Of a stretch of 46,880 nucleotides of DNA, positions 1 through 9,405 are shown piece after piece (within the stretch, counting starts at the first letter, position 1; every line of letters starts with the position of its first letter). A model generated the notes under the pieces. It made no database searches. It was not told the origin of the DNA and saw nothing but the letters and a program-made list of their open reading frames with translations. Location of the stretch: sequence record MN158206.1; one strand, written 5' to 3'. Source of the DNA: Escherichia phage BEK2. The position numbers and the translations under genes are program-made.

Positions 1-507
1 ATGAGCAAAGCAGCATTAAAGATGGGCGAAGGAAATTTCAAGGCGCTCTACAACAAGAAGTATGGCGATATTGCTATGGTGGCAATCAACCGCAAGTACA
101 CGCCTGAGGAAGTTTTCGATTTTGCGGTGAGATACTTCTCTTGGGCTGAAAGTGAGGTAATCAAAGCTATTGAGACGGCGGCTTTCCATGGCGTGGTTAG
201 TGAAAGCCTTGTACACAAACCGCGAGTGTTTACATTAACCGGGCTGGCGCTCTTTATGGGTGTTAACATCAATAGATTCGCTCGATGGCGCACTGAGGCT
301 GGATACTCTGATGTGATGGAATTTATTGATAACGTAATCTACGAGCAGAAGTACCAGCTTGGAGTTGCGGGTATCATCAACTCTACCATCGTTGGTAAAG
401 AGCTTGGTATTGATAAACCGCAGGAGATTAAGATTAGCAACAACTCCACAGCTAATGACGTTGATAGTATGAAGGAAGCACTGGAGTCCGTGATTAGTAA
501 GCTATAG
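1..507 (+). CDS. terminase small subunit (begins at window edge; 5' end unverified)
   Basis: 168-aa ORF immediately upstream of the large terminase and HNH gene; synteny-based call; stop TAG lies inside a degenerate TAGCAC box at 505-519. Confidence 0.5.
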   Translation: MSKAALKMGEGNFKALYNKKYGDIAMVAINRKYTPEEVFDFAVRYFSWAESEVIKAIETAAFHGVVSESLVHKPRVFTLTGLALFMGVNINRFARWRTEAGYSDVMEFIDNVIYEQKYQLGVAGIINSTIVGKELGIDKPQEIKISNNSTANDVDSMKEALESVISKL

Positions 508-547
508 CACTTATTGTTAAAAGAAGAGGCCCAATCAATGAGATAAT
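505..547 (+). promoter_or_regulatory. composite early-type promoter (degenerate box TAGCAC-TTATT-GTTA + -10 GATAAT at +37)
   Basis: box 505-519, -10 542-547, same 37-bp phasing as the other copies; precedes HNH gene. Confidence 0.45.
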
Positions 548-575
548 GGGCCCAACAAACTAGCGAGGTGGCGAT

Positions 576-1088
576 ATGAATTGGCATGATTATTTTGAAT
601 ACAAAGATGGGAAGATTTACTGGAAAGATTACGATAGCGAGAGGCTTGGAAGGAGAAGGATACAGCGAAGATTCATAGGGAAAGAGGTTGGCGGCATTGA
701 TAAAAGCCTAGGGTATGTTAGGGTAAACATGCCTGGTAAAAAATATTGGGTTCATAGAATAATCTGGGAGATGCATAACGGAGTAATACCAGAAGGTATG
801 CAAATTGACCGTATAAATCATGTTAGAAATGTTAATAGGATAGAAAACCTTAGGTTAGTTACAATTCAGGAAAATAGAAAGAATCAGTCAATAAATTCGA
901 GGAATAAGACCGGGGTTACCGGAGTCTGCATAGTATCTAGGACTGGCAAATATGCAGCTCAAATAAAAAAGGATGGAGAGAATATTCACTTGGGATTCTT
1001 TGATAATATTCACGACGCGTCGATTGTCAGGGCGAGGGCTGAATTTATTCTTGGGTATCATAAAAACCACGGGAGGAAAGATGAGTGA
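576..1088 (+). CDS. HNH homing endonuclease with AP2-like DNA-binding domain
   Basis: HNH motif 'YWVHRIIWEMHNG...IDRINHVRNVNRIENLRLVTIQEN' followed by AP2-like 'TGVTGVCIVSRTGKYAAQIKKDG'; 3' end overlaps terL start by 8 nt. Confidence 0.8.
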   Translation: MNWHDYFEYKDGKIYWKDYDSERLGRRRIQRRFIGKEVGGIDKSLGYVRVNMPGKKYWVHRIIWEMHNGVIPEGMQIDRINHVRNVNRIENLRLVTIQENRKNQSINSRNKTGVTGVCIVSRTGKYAAQIKKDGENIHLGFFDNIHDASIVRARAEFILGYHKNHGRKDE

Positions 1089-2652
1089 TTTAATCGTATG
1101 GGATGAGCTGACATACGCAGAAAAGATGGCTATCAAGGCCATCTCTGAGCATAGTTTCGAGGGGTTCTTGCGGTGTTTCTTCCAGATAACTCAGGGCGAG
1201 AGATTCAAAATGAATTGGCATGCGAAGTACCTATGCCGTGTTATAGATGAGATTCTCGAGGGAAAGAGAAAGGATACCATCATAAACGTAGCTCCCGGAT
1301 CAGCCAAAACCGAACTTTTTAGCATTCACTTCCCTGTGTATAGCATGATTAAGATTAAGAAGGTCAGGAATCTTAGTTTGTCGTTCTCTGATTCATTGGT
1401 TAAGCGCAACTCCAAACGCGTCCGTGACCTTATTAAGTCAAAGGAATTTCAGGAGCTCTGGCCTTGCACCTTTGGAACGTGCAGGGATGACGAGATTCAG
1501 GTTCTGGATGAGAATGGCAAAGTTAGGTTTGAGTCTATATCCAAGGCGATGGCAGGACAGGTGACGGGAAGCAGGGGAGGCTACATGACTGACGATTATA
1601 GTGGTTGCATAATGCTTGATGACCCACTAAAGCCTGATGACGCGTTAAGTAATGTAAGAAGAGAGGCTGTCAACATGCTTCTCAAGAACACAATTCGTTC
1701 ACGTCGAGCTAGCTCAGTAAAGGGAAAGGAAACGCCAATACTTTCCGTGCAGCAAAGACTTCATGTTCTGGACACTAGCCACTTCATGGAGTCAGGGCAA
1801 ATGGGCATAAAGTTCGACGTAGTGAAAGTTCCAGCCATAGTCACAGAGGATTACGCCGACACGCTTCCTGATTGGATCAAGCAACAATTTATTGATGATG
1901 TTCTTTCATCACCATTTGTAGAGCGGGATGGGGTTAAGTATTACAGCTACTTTCCGGCAAAGGAGTCAATAGAAGACCTGATGGCCATGTGGGATGCTGA
2001 CCAGTACACGTTCCTTAGTCAGTATCAACAAGAACCAGTAGCACTTGGCGGCAATCTGATTAACGTGGATTGGTTCCAGCGCCTTAGCGATACATTCAGA
2101 CCTCCCGCTAAGTATGATTATCGATTCATCACATGCGATACTGCGATGACTACAAAGAGTTATAGTGACTTCTCTGTACTTCAGTTGTGGGGCTATAAGG
2201 ACGCCAAGATTTACCTGATAGACCAGCGCAGAGGTAAGTGGGAGGCGCCAGAGTTGGAAGCTGAACTGCTGGACTTCGAGAAGAAATCAAGGGCAACCAG
2301 TCAGGCAGATGGCATCCTCCGAAAGATTATCATCGAGAAGAAAGCCTCTGGTATCGGTCTTATTCAATCGGCAGGTAGAGTTATGCGAACACCGATAGAG
2401 CCATACGTGCCGGATAACGACAAGCTAACTAGGGTAATGAGCGCATTGCCACAGATTAAAGCTGGTAACGTAGTTCTTCCCGAGTCAGCGTCGTGGTTAA
2501 ACGGATTGCTTACTGAGGTTGCGGCTTTTACGGCAGATGATTCGCATAAGCACGATGACCAAATTGATACCATGACAATGGCAATCAACCTGGTTCTGAA
2601 CATTGCGGACGATCCTAAGGCGCGACTAATGCGCATAGCGGGAATTAAATAG
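1081..2652 (+). CDS. terminase large subunit
   Basis: ATG 1081 with GGGAGG RBS (track ORF 973 starts inside HNH gene); size and position between terS/HNH and portal; stop TAG embedded in TAGCAC box. Confidence 0.85.
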   Translation: MSDLIVWDELTYAEKMAIKAISEHSFEGFLRCFFQITQGERFKMNWHAKYLCRVIDEILEGKRKDTIINVAPGSAKTELFSIHFPVYSMIKIKKVRNLSLSFSDSLVKRNSKRVRDLIKSKEFQELWPCTFGTCRDDEIQVLDENGKVRFESISKAMAGQVTGSRGGYMTDDYSGCIMLDDPLKPDDALSNVRREAVNMLLKNTIRSRRASSVKGKETPILSVQQRLHVLDTSHFMESGQMGIKFDVVKVPAIVTEDYADTLPDWIKQQFIDDVLSSPFVERDGVKYYSYFPAKESIEDLMAMWDADQYTFLSQYQQEPVALGGNLINVDWFQRLSDTFRPPAKYDYRFITCDTAMTTKSYSDFSVLQLWGYKDAKIYLIDQRRGKWEAPELEAELLDFEKKSRATSQADGILRKIIIEKKASGIGLIQSAGRVMRTPIEPYVPDNDKLTRVMSALPQIKAGNVVLPESASWLNGLLTEVAAFTADDSHKHDDQIDTMTMAINLVLNIADDPKARLMRIAGIK

Positions 2653-2692
2653 CACGAATTGCTAAACATAAAAGCCAGGGATGGCTTATAGT
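2650..2692 (+). promoter_or_regulatory. composite early-type promoter (TAGCACGAATTGCTA + -10 TATAGT)
   Basis: box 2650-2664, -10 2687-2692 (37-bp phasing), spacer contains inverted repeat agcca/tggct. Confidence 0.6.
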
Positions 2693-2727
2693 TACTTCAC
2701 ACAAACGAGATGAGAGGAGATAAACAA

Positions 2728-3111
2728 ATGGGACGCACTTCAAAGGTTGTATATCTTGGAAGCAACACTGGAGAGTGTGGTGGTTTTACAGTAGGAAAGG
2801 AATATAAGGCTTACAATTATAATACTGAATATAATTACATTTCAACTTATGATGATAAAGGTAGCTATCGTCAAATCAAGAACGGAGCATTCCACCACTT
2901 CAAACTCCATGATGAGGATGACCATTTTGTAACTGAGACTGAGTGCGCAGTCATGCAGCCCAGCGAAGATAAAAAACCATCTCTAATATATTGCATAAAC
3001 GGTCATGAAGTTGACATGATTGAGTTTGAAAATGTGCGCCATAAGGTTCTAGAGCTTGATGCTTATGGCGTAAAATGCGACACAATCAAGTTCGAAGTAA
3101 AATTCGAGTAA
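2728..3111 (+). CDS. hypothetical protein (autonomous cargo gene between terL and portal)
   Basis: ATG 2728 with GAGGAG RBS; own promoter upstream and own terminator downstream; no recognisable domain. Confidence 0.6.
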   Translation: MGRTSKVVYLGSNTGECGGFTVGKEYKAYNYNTEYNYISTYDDKGSYRQIKNGAFHHFKLHDEDDHFVTETECAVMQPSEDKKPSLIYCINGHEVDMIEFENVRHKVLELDAYGVKCDTIKFEVKFE

Positions 3112-3132
3112 TCAAAAACTGTGTGATAAACT

Positions 3133-3158
3133 AGCCCCTAAATGGGGCTTTTTTTATT
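3133..3158 (+). terminator. intrinsic terminator
   Basis: hairpin agcccc-taaat-ggggct followed by T7 run. Confidence 0.7.
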
Positions 3159-3168
3159 GGAGAAAAAC

Positions 3169-4437
3169 ATGGTTAAGACAGACAGCTACGCCAATATATT
3201 TCTCGGCGGCAGTGATGGTAGTGAGATTTACGGGAGCTTACAGAATCAGGAACCTACAATTCTGGGTTCGCTTTATGCAAATAATGCCATAGTGCGTAGA
3301 ATTATCGACACAATCCCTGAGACAGCATTAGCGGCAGGATTCCACATTGATGGCATTGATGATGAGCCTGCCTTCTGGTCACGCTGGGATGATCTAGAAA
3401 TGACGCAGAATATTAACGATGCTTGGTCTTGGGCTAGATTATTCGGTGGAGCCGCTATTGTCGCTATCGTTAAGGACAATAGGGCGCTAACAAGTCCTGT
3501 CAGAGAAGGTGCCGAACTTGAAACTGTTAGAGTTTACGACCGCACACAAGTAAAAGTACAAACTCGCGAGGAGAATCCCCGTAACGCACGTTTTGGTAAG
3601 CCACTAACCTATCGCATTACCACAAATGAGAGCGATATGTTCTATGATGTGCATTACAGCAGAATTCACATCATTGACGGAGAGCGAATTCCTAACGTAA
3701 TGCGTCGGCAAAATGACGGCTGGGGCCGCAGCGTTCTATCCAGTGACATTCTTGACTCAATCAAGGATTACACCAACTGCGAACGACTGGCTACGCAACT
3801 ACTGAGAAGAAAGCAGCAAGCAGTGTGGAAAGCCAAAGGTCTGGCTGAGTTGTGTGATGATAGCGAGGGATTTGGTGCCGCAAGGTTGCGCCTAGCACAG
3901 GTTGATAATAATAGCGGAGTTGGTCAGGCGATTGGGATTGATGCAGAATCTGAAGAGTATAGCGTTCTAAACTCTGACATTGGCGGGATTGATGCGTTTC
4001 TGGATAAGAAGTTTGACAGAATCGTTGCTCTGAGCGGTATTCATGAAATTATCCTCAAGAACAAAAACGTTGGCGGCGTGTCATCAAGTCAAAACACTGC
4101 ACTTGAGACATTCCACAAGCTAATTGACCGCAAGCGTAACTCTGAGCTGCTTCCTGTTCTTGAGTTCTTAATTCCGTTCATCGTTAACGTTGACGAATGG
4201 TCGGTTGAGTTTAACCCCTTAGCTCAGGAATCAAGCAAGGACAAAGCGGAGATTCTGGAGAGGAACGTAAACAGCATCGCGACGCTAATTGCATCTGGCG
4301 CTATGGATATTGATGAGGCGAGAGATACATTGCGTACAATCGCTCCAGAGGTTAAGATTAGTGACGGTTCAGTAGAGACAGAGGTGACAATTAGTGAAAC
4401 CAGTAACGACCCGCTGGAAGTATCCGCAGACAATTGA
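3169..4437 (+). CDS. portal protein
   Basis: ATG 3169 after terminator (track start 3142 lies in the hairpin); ~420 aa, follows terL, precedes Mu-F-like head protein. Confidence 0.8.
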   Translation: MVKTDSYANIFLGGSDGSEIYGSLQNQEPTILGSLYANNAIVRRIIDTIPETALAAGFHIDGIDDEPAFWSRWDDLEMTQNINDAWSWARLFGGAAIVAIVKDNRALTSPVREGAELETVRVYDRTQVKVQTREENPRNARFGKPLTYRITTNESDMFYDVHYSRIHIIDGERIPNVMRRQNDGWGRSVLSSDILDSIKDYTNCERLATQLLRRKQQAVWKAKGLAELCDDSEGFGAARLRLAQVDNNSGVGQAIGIDAESEEYSVLNSDIGGIDAFLDKKFDRIVALSGIHEIILKNKNVGGVSSSQNTALETFHKLIDRKRNSELLPVLEFLIPFIVNVDEWSVEFNPLAQESSKDKAEILERNVNSIATLIASGAMDIDEARDTLRTIAPEVKISDGSVETEVTISETSNDPLEVSADN

Positions 4438-5122
4438 GAGCCAGGTTAACCGCAATCTAAGTATTGCGGTAACTGAGTTAATTTCAGCAATGAAGGAGTC
4501 AGCAACAAGGCTTAAAATTGATACTGCGGAGGAACTGGAGGAGGAGGATGGATACCTTGATGGGGTAATTGCGGCATTGGTGGCTTCCTTTATATCAACA
4601 ATCCCAGCCATAGGGGCGGCGATATACAGATACAATAGCTCTCAATTTCTTGCGCTTGCAATCAAGACCGGAGGAAGATCCAACCCTAGCGTTCTAGACC
4701 TTGAAGTTAATGGCATTAATGGCGATGAGCCGTGGTATAATGATGACCTTAATCAGTGGGTTTACACCACAAACAAGTCAGCGATTAAATTACTGAATAA
4801 CATTAAAGATGACTTCATTCAAACGGCATCAACAGCACAGAATGGTGACTACGTTGAGTTATCAGATAGGTACAAAACATACAGAAAGCGAACGGCAAAC
4901 ATCGCATCTGGGATTGTGTCAAGCCTAAACTCTACACTTATGAGGCGGAGGATTGATGATGCTGGCGTTAGTCGTTACATCTGGCATGGTATGCTGGACG
5001 ATAGGGAGCGCCAGTCTCACATAGCAAGAGAAGGCCTTAGCTTTAAACTTGGTGGTAACGATATATTTCCAGGTCAAGAATACGGCTGTCGTTGTTGGTC
5101 TGTTCCAGATTGGGAATCATAA
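4394..5122 (+). CDS. head morphogenesis protein (Mu gpF / SPP1 gp7-like)
   Basis: C-terminal motif 'RYIWHGMLDDRERQSHIAREG' typical of Mu-F family; GTG start at 4394 overlaps portal 3' end, start uncertain. Confidence 0.65.
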   Translation: MKPVTTRWKYPQTIESQVNRNLSIAVTELISAMKESATRLKIDTAEELEEEDGYLDGVIAALVASFISTIPAIGAAIYRYNSSQFLALAIKTGGRSNPSVLDLEVNGINGDEPWYNDDLNQWVYTTNKSAIKLLNNIKDDFIQTASTAQNGDYVELSDRYKTYRKRTANIASGIVSSLNSTLMRRRIDDAGVSRYIWHGMLDDRERQSHIAREGLSFKLGGNDIFPGQEYGCRCWSVPDWES

Positions 5123-5134
5123 TAGGAGAATTAA

Positions 5135-6223
5135 ATGAGTAAAATCCGCTATGATAGCGCGAAGGTGAAGGCTCGATTTGATGAAAACGGCTTTCTGGTT
5201 GATACCCCGATTGTTGCACGCGTCGGGGTGCAAACCTACTACCTTCCAGATGGCACAGAACGCAGAGAATTTAGACCAGCCTCGGAGGTCTTTAAGCCTG
5301 ATTCTCTGGATAGTTATCAGGGCAAACCAATTACATTAGGTCATGTATTTGTTAACTCAGATAATGCTAAAGAGGTCGTTGTAGGCGCGGTGTCTGGCTC
5401 AGCAATGCGTGAAGATTCAAATGTGATTGTTCCACTAACTGTTTACGACAAAGAATCAATCGAGAAGGCCAAAAATGGAATTGCTGGTGAGCTATCTGTA
5501 GGGTACTCAACTGTTGACGTTGAGTCCAAAGGCTGGGGTAGTAACGAAACTGGTGAGTATAAGCTAGATGGTGAGTATCAATCACAGGATGAAATTCCTC
5601 CTGACTGGGTTAGATTCGATGCGCTGCAAACTGAAATTAAAGTAAACCATGTCGCGCTGGTATACAAAGGAAGAGCGCAAGTAGCAAAGTTAAATTTTGA
5701 CGCTCAACAGGAAAACCCGTATACTACTGACGTTGATATCAATAAAGAGGATAAACAGGAAATGATTAAGATTAAACTCGACGGCGCGCAGGAATTCGAA
5801 GTTGCACCGGAAATCGCTTCTCACATCGAAGCACTGAACGCAAAGGCTGACACTGCAATCGCAGAGCGCGACGCACTGAAAGCCAAGGTTGATGCAATGC
5901 CTGCTGAAATCGAAGCTGCAGTTGCTAAAGCGAAAGCTGATGCTGATGCCCTGGCCGCTCTGGTTGCCGTTGCCGCTGAAGCTGGTGTCAAAGCTGATGG
6001 TCTGGATTCTAAAGGTATTAAAGTTGCCTACGTTAAAGAAATCTCCGGCCTTGATGTTAGTGAGAAGTCTGACGCATACATCGACGCGGCATTCGACATT
6101 GCCAAAGAATCTGATAAAATGGCTGAAGTACGTAAAGCGACTACCTCTTCCGATAAATCTGACAGCGCCGATGAGCCTAAGAAATTAGATCCGCGTGCTC
6201 GTTTAGCTAAAATTAAGAAATAA
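5135..6223 (+). CDS. scaffolding/prohead core protein
   Basis: N-terminal globular domain plus Ala/Lys/Asp/Glu-rich coiled-coil C-terminus 'AKADTAIAERDALKAKVDAMPAEIEAAVAKAKADADALAAL'; position before capsid genes. Confidence 0.55.
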   Translation: MSKIRYDSAKVKARFDENGFLVDTPIVARVGVQTYYLPDGTERREFRPASEVFKPDSLDSYQGKPITLGHVFVNSDNAKEVVVGAVSGSAMREDSNVIVPLTVYDKESIEKAKNGIAGELSVGYSTVDVESKGWGSNETGEYKLDGEYQSQDEIPPDWVRFDALQTEIKVNHVALVYKGRAQVAKLNFDAQQENPYTTDVDINKEDKQEMIKIKLDGAQEFEVAPEIASHIEALNAKADTAIAERDALKAKVDAMPAEIEAAVAKAKADADALAALVAVAAEAGVKADGLDSKGIKVAYVKEISGLDVSEKSDAYIDAAFDIAKESDKMAEVRKATTSSDKSDSADEPKKLDPRARLAKIKK

Positions 6224-6235
6224 GGAGTTATAAAC

Positions 6236-6757
6236 ATGGCAATTCGTTCCGTAGCACTGGCTGGTATGATTTCTGATACTTCGCTCTATAACATCGACGG
6301 CGCTTGCGTGGTTGGCGGTGCAGCACCAATTCCGGTTGGCACTTTTGTTGGCGTAACTTCAGCTCAGCCTGTAGATGGTCACAAGGTTGTTGGCCTACCA
6401 GTCGTAACTGGCTCGGCAGTTAAACCTTATGGTGTTGTTGTTAAATCTCATTACGAGACTCCAGATGGCACAGCTCGCGTAAATGAAGCAGTTAACGTAA
6501 TGACTCATGGTCGAATCTGGGTTCGTACAACTCTAGCGGCTGCGCCAGTTTTTGGTAGTAAGGTTTACGTAAACGCGAGTGGCGTTGTTACTACTGAGGT
6601 TGCTACCACTACTTGGGAGACTGGCTTTACATTTGCTGGCGGTTATGTGTCGGCTTACGCTGGCGGCGCTGACCCAATTAAGCAAGGTGAAAGCGTTGAT
6701 GGCGCACTGGTTGAAGTTCAGTTGATTCAATCCGCAGACTCAACCGTCGCCGCTTAA
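6236..6757 (+). CDS. head structural/decoration-like protein
   Basis: Gly/Val/Thr-rich 173 aa ORF with strong RBS AAGGAG, between scaffold and major capsid. Confidence 0.4.
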   Translation: MAIRSVALAGMISDTSLYNIDGACVVGGAAPIPVGTFVGVTSAQPVDGHKVVGLPVVTGSAVKPYGVVVKSHYETPDGTARVNEAVNVMTHGRIWVRTTLAAAPVFGSKVYVNASGVVTTEVATTTWETGFTFAGGYVSAYAGGADPIKQGESVDGALVEVQLIQSADSTVAA

Positions 6758-6772
6758 TAATTAAGATATATA

Positions 6773-6797
6773 AAGCCTCCTTCGGGAGGTTTTTTTA
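6773..6797 (+). terminator. intrinsic terminator
   Basis: aagcctcc-ttcg-ggaggtt + T7. Confidence 0.7.
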
Positions 6798-6802
6798 TAC
6801 CA

Positions 6803-6830
6803 TTGCGTGGGCTAAAAACTCGTGTATAAT
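6803..6830 (+). promoter_or_regulatory. sigma70-like promoter for major capsid gene
   Basis: -35 TTGCGT (6803-6808), 16-bp spacer, -10 TATAAT (6825-6830). Confidence 0.5.
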
Positions 6831-6868
6831 GAATCCGTAGACACCTAACCGAAAAGGAACAATAAAGA

Positions 6869-7813
6869 ATGGCCATTAAATTTGATGCAGAACAAGCAAA
6901 AATCACCGCTCATCTCGAGCAAATGGGCGTAGATAAGGCCGATGCCGCAGGTATCTGGACCGTTAGTCAGCTAACCGCATCTCTGAAACGTGCTTACGAA
7001 AAAGAGTATGCAGACAACTCAGTTGTTAACATTTTCCCTGTAACCAATGAAATCCCTGGTCACGCGAAGTATTTCGAATATCCAGAGTTTGATGGTGTTG
7101 GTATTGCTCAGATTATCGCTGATTACTCTGACGACCTGCCGCTGGTTGATGCATTCATGACCGAGAAGCAAGGTAAAGTGTTCCGTTTCGGTAACGCATT
7201 CCTGATTTCTACTGATGAAATTAAAGCTGGCGCCGCAACTGGTCAATCACTGTCAACTCGCAAGCAGGCGCTGGCTTTCGAAGCGCACGACAACCTGCTT
7301 GATAAACTGGTTTGGTCTGGCTCCACTCCGCACGGTATCCCAAGCGTATTCGATCAGCCGAACATCAACAACGTTGTTGCAACTCCAAACTGGAATTTGC
7401 CGCAGAACGCAATTAATGACGTCACCGCTATGATTGATGCGGTTGAGAGTGCAACTCAAGGCCTCCATCATGTGACTGACATTCTGCTCCCGGCCTCTGC
7501 TCGCCGAGTAATGCAGCAGCTAGTTCCGAATGCCGCCCTGAGCTACGGTGAATTGTTCACTCGTAACAACCCAGGTCTGAATATTCGTTTCTTGCAGTTC
7601 CTGGATAACTACGATGGTGCGGGTGGAAAAGCCGCTCTGGCGTTTGAGAAGAATCCGCTTAACGCTAGCATCGAGATTCCAGAGGCTACTAACGTACTTC
7701 CTGGCCAAGTGAAGGATTTGCATATCAAATACCCCGTAACTTCCAAATCGACAGGCTTGGTAATTTACAGACCTTTAACATTTGCAGTTATCAAAGGCAT
7801 CACCTTTGCTTAA
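6869..7813 (+). CDS. major capsid protein
   Basis: 314 aa, own promoter and terminator, central position in head module. Confidence 0.7.
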   Translation: MAIKFDAEQAKITAHLEQMGVDKADAAGIWTVSQLTASLKRAYEKEYADNSVVNIFPVTNEIPGHAKYFEYPEFDGVGIAQIIADYSDDLPLVDAFMTEKQGKVFRFGNAFLISTDEIKAGAATGQSLSTRKQALAFEAHDNLLDKLVWSGSTPHGIPSVFDQPNINNVVATPNWNLPQNAINDVTAMIDAVESATQGLHHVTDILLPASARRVMQQLVPNAALSYGELFTRNNPGLNIRFLQFLDNYDGAGGKAALAFEKNPLNASIEIPEATNVLPGQVKDLHIKYPVTSKSTGLVIYRPLTFAVIKGITFA

Positions 7814-7818
7814 TAAAT

Positions 7819-7852
7819 CGCCCTCTTCGGAGGGCTTTTTTTACGTCTGTAC
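7819..7852 (+). terminator. intrinsic terminator
   Basis: cgccctc-ttcg-gagggc + T7. Confidence 0.7.
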
Positions 7853-7862
7853 CAAATGGAAT

Positions 7863-7876
7863 TGTTGGGTTATAAT
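7863..7876 (+). promoter_or_regulatory. -10-only promoter candidate (TATAAT)
   Basis: perfect TATAAT at 7871-7876 downstream of terminator, no good -35. Confidence 0.35.
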
Positions 7877-7906
7877 CACTCAATCAGATAAACAAAGGAG
7901 ACAAAA

Positions 7907-8152
7907 ATGATTCGCTTAGAACACACTGGCGCTTGCCTTATCGTTTACAAGGGTGAGAAATATTTGCCTGGTGACACTTTTGAGGTTGATGTAATTTGCG
8001 ACGGACTCAAGCGTTTAATCGCAGAGGGTAAACTCACCATTGAGGGTGACGCCAAAGCAACCAAACAGATCGCGCAAGAAGTTGTTAGCAAGAAAAAGCG
8101 CAAGGAACCGAAAACCATCTCCGAAGCTGAGAGTGGCAACGAGTACAAATAA
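7907..8152 (+). CDS. hypothetical protein
   Basis: 81 aa ORF with RBS AAGGAG, flanked by terminators. Confidence 0.5.
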   Translation: MIRLEHTGACLIVYKGEKYLPGDTFEVDVICDGLKRLIAEGKLTIEGDAKATKQIAQEVVSKKKRKEPKTISEAESGNEYK

Positions 8153-8193
8153 CAAACAGGGCGCTTCGGCGTCCTTTATTGTATGGAGCTAAT

Positions 8194-8595
8194 ATGAATG
8201 ATGCAATTTTGGCGTTTATGCGCTCTCTTGTTCCTGCTCTCAAAGCGGTGGATGACGAATCAATTAATGTATGGATTGATTTGGCACGTCTATACGTATG
8301 CGAAAGCAAGTTTGGCGCAGACAAAGATAAGGCCGTAGGACTTTACGCACTACACCTAATGCTTGCTGATGGCGCGTTTAAGGGTGAGAGTGAAGGGCTG
8401 GAAACATACAGCCGTAGAATGGCAAGTTATGCACTGAGCGGTGAATTCTCTATCACCTATGATAGCCAATCAGCAATCCAAGGTGATTTATCATCTTCCT
8501 CCTGGGGGCGCATGTACAAAGCACTGCTCCGCAAGAAAGGTGGCGGCTTCGGTTTAATTACTTCCGCTGGTGGCGGTGGGTGCGGTTGCCGATGA
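8194..8595 (+). CDS. head-tail connector protein
   Basis: ATG 8194 with GGAG RBS; position after capsid; Gly-rich C-terminus. Confidence 0.45.
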   Translation: MNDAILAFMRSLVPALKAVDDESINVWIDLARLYVCESKFGADKDKAVGLYALHLMLADGAFKGESEGLETYSRRMASYALSGEFSITYDSQSAIQGDLSSSSWGRMYKALLRKKGGGFGLITSAGGGGCGCR

Positions 8596-8963
8596 ACTAC
8601 AACGAAATAGAATCAATTACTCGCGCTGGTATTAACTTCTTTAGTGATGCAAATGGTGTTTATGAAATGAGCACCGGAGCCGGTTATGTTGAAATCGTTA
8701 ACGGCGTTGAGGTAGAGGTTCCTTCGCAGACATCCCAGATAAAAGGATTGGTGCGAGAAATCAAGACGCGCGATATTGATGGCGAGTTTATCCAGTTTGG
8801 CGATAAGCGCGGAATCTTCACGGCACAGGTGGAAATTAAGCAGGGTTATCAGATTAAGGTTGATGGCGAGACTTTCGTTGTTATTGACCCACGGCCCGTT
8901 AAACCAACCGGAACAGTTGTTGGGTATAGACCGATTCTTCGTAGGGTGGCTACTTATGGCTAG
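8592..8963 (+). CDS. head-tail adaptor/head closure protein
   Basis: positional; overlapping start/stop with neighbours. Confidence 0.4.
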   Translation: MNYNEIESITRAGINFFSDANGVYEMSTGAGYVEIVNGVEVEVPSQTSQIKGLVREIKTRDIDGEFIQFGDKRGIFTAQVEIKQGYQIKVDGETFVVIDPRPVKPTGTVVGYRPILRRVATYG

Positions 8964-9405
8964 TTTTATACCGAAGGCTAATGGCGGGGTTATTGAATTT
9001 AGTCGCTCCATTTCTGAATGGATAGATAAGGTTGAATCTGGAGTTGATGGGGTTGTTGCAGGAACCATTATCAAGACAGCTAATGGCCTGGTAGATCAGT
9101 CACCAGTTGACACTGGTAGATTTAAAGCCAACTGGCAAATAACAGCAAACTCCCCGGCTCAGCAGTCAGTAATTGACTATGATAAACTTGGAACAGAGAC
9201 CAAAAGAGCACTCGCAAGACAGGCAAGGGCGGTAGCCAGAGCAAAGGGAACAAAGGTCATTTACATAACAAGCAGGCTTGATTACTCAATTCACCTTGAA
9301 TATGGCGGCTCGGGTCAGGCGCCAAACGGCATTATTAGGATTGTTCAGATGCGGCTTGGTCGATACTTCCAGGAAGCAGTAGAGGAGGCTAAACGTGCAC
9401 TATGA
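8956..9405 (+). CDS. neck/tail completion protein (HK97 gp10-like)
   Basis: ATG 8956 'MASFIPKANGG...' (track ORF 8776 extends into previous gene); positional. Confidence 0.45.
   Translation: MASFIPKANGGVIEFSRSISEWIDKVESGVDGVVAGTIIKTANGLVDQSPVDTGRFKANWQITANSPAQQSVIDYDKLGTETKRALARQARAVARAKGTKVIYITSRLDYSIHLEYGGSGQAPNGIIRIVQMRLGRYFQEAVEEAKRAL

Noticed and set aside
973-1080. Upstream extension of terL to 973 (and similar long starts at 3142, 8776, 14524, 23544)
   Set aside because: The extensions run through the preceding gene or a terminator hairpin; internal ATGs with good RBS were preferred.
2650-2664. Box as an intrinsic terminator or CRISPR-like repeat
   Set aside because: Stem is only 5 bp, AT-rich, with no U-run; copies are irregularly spaced, in both orientations, without spacer-repeat periodicity.
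2661-2692. TTGCTA half of the box acting as a -35 hexamer
   Set aside because: It is 22 bp from the -10 in every copy, outside the 15-20 bp range tolerated by sigma70; an activator-site interpretation fits better.
5889-6188. Leu/Lys-rich alternate-frame ORF within the scaffold gene
   Set aside because: Arises from the repetitive GCT/GAA/AAA codons of the scaffold coiled-coil; no independent start signals.
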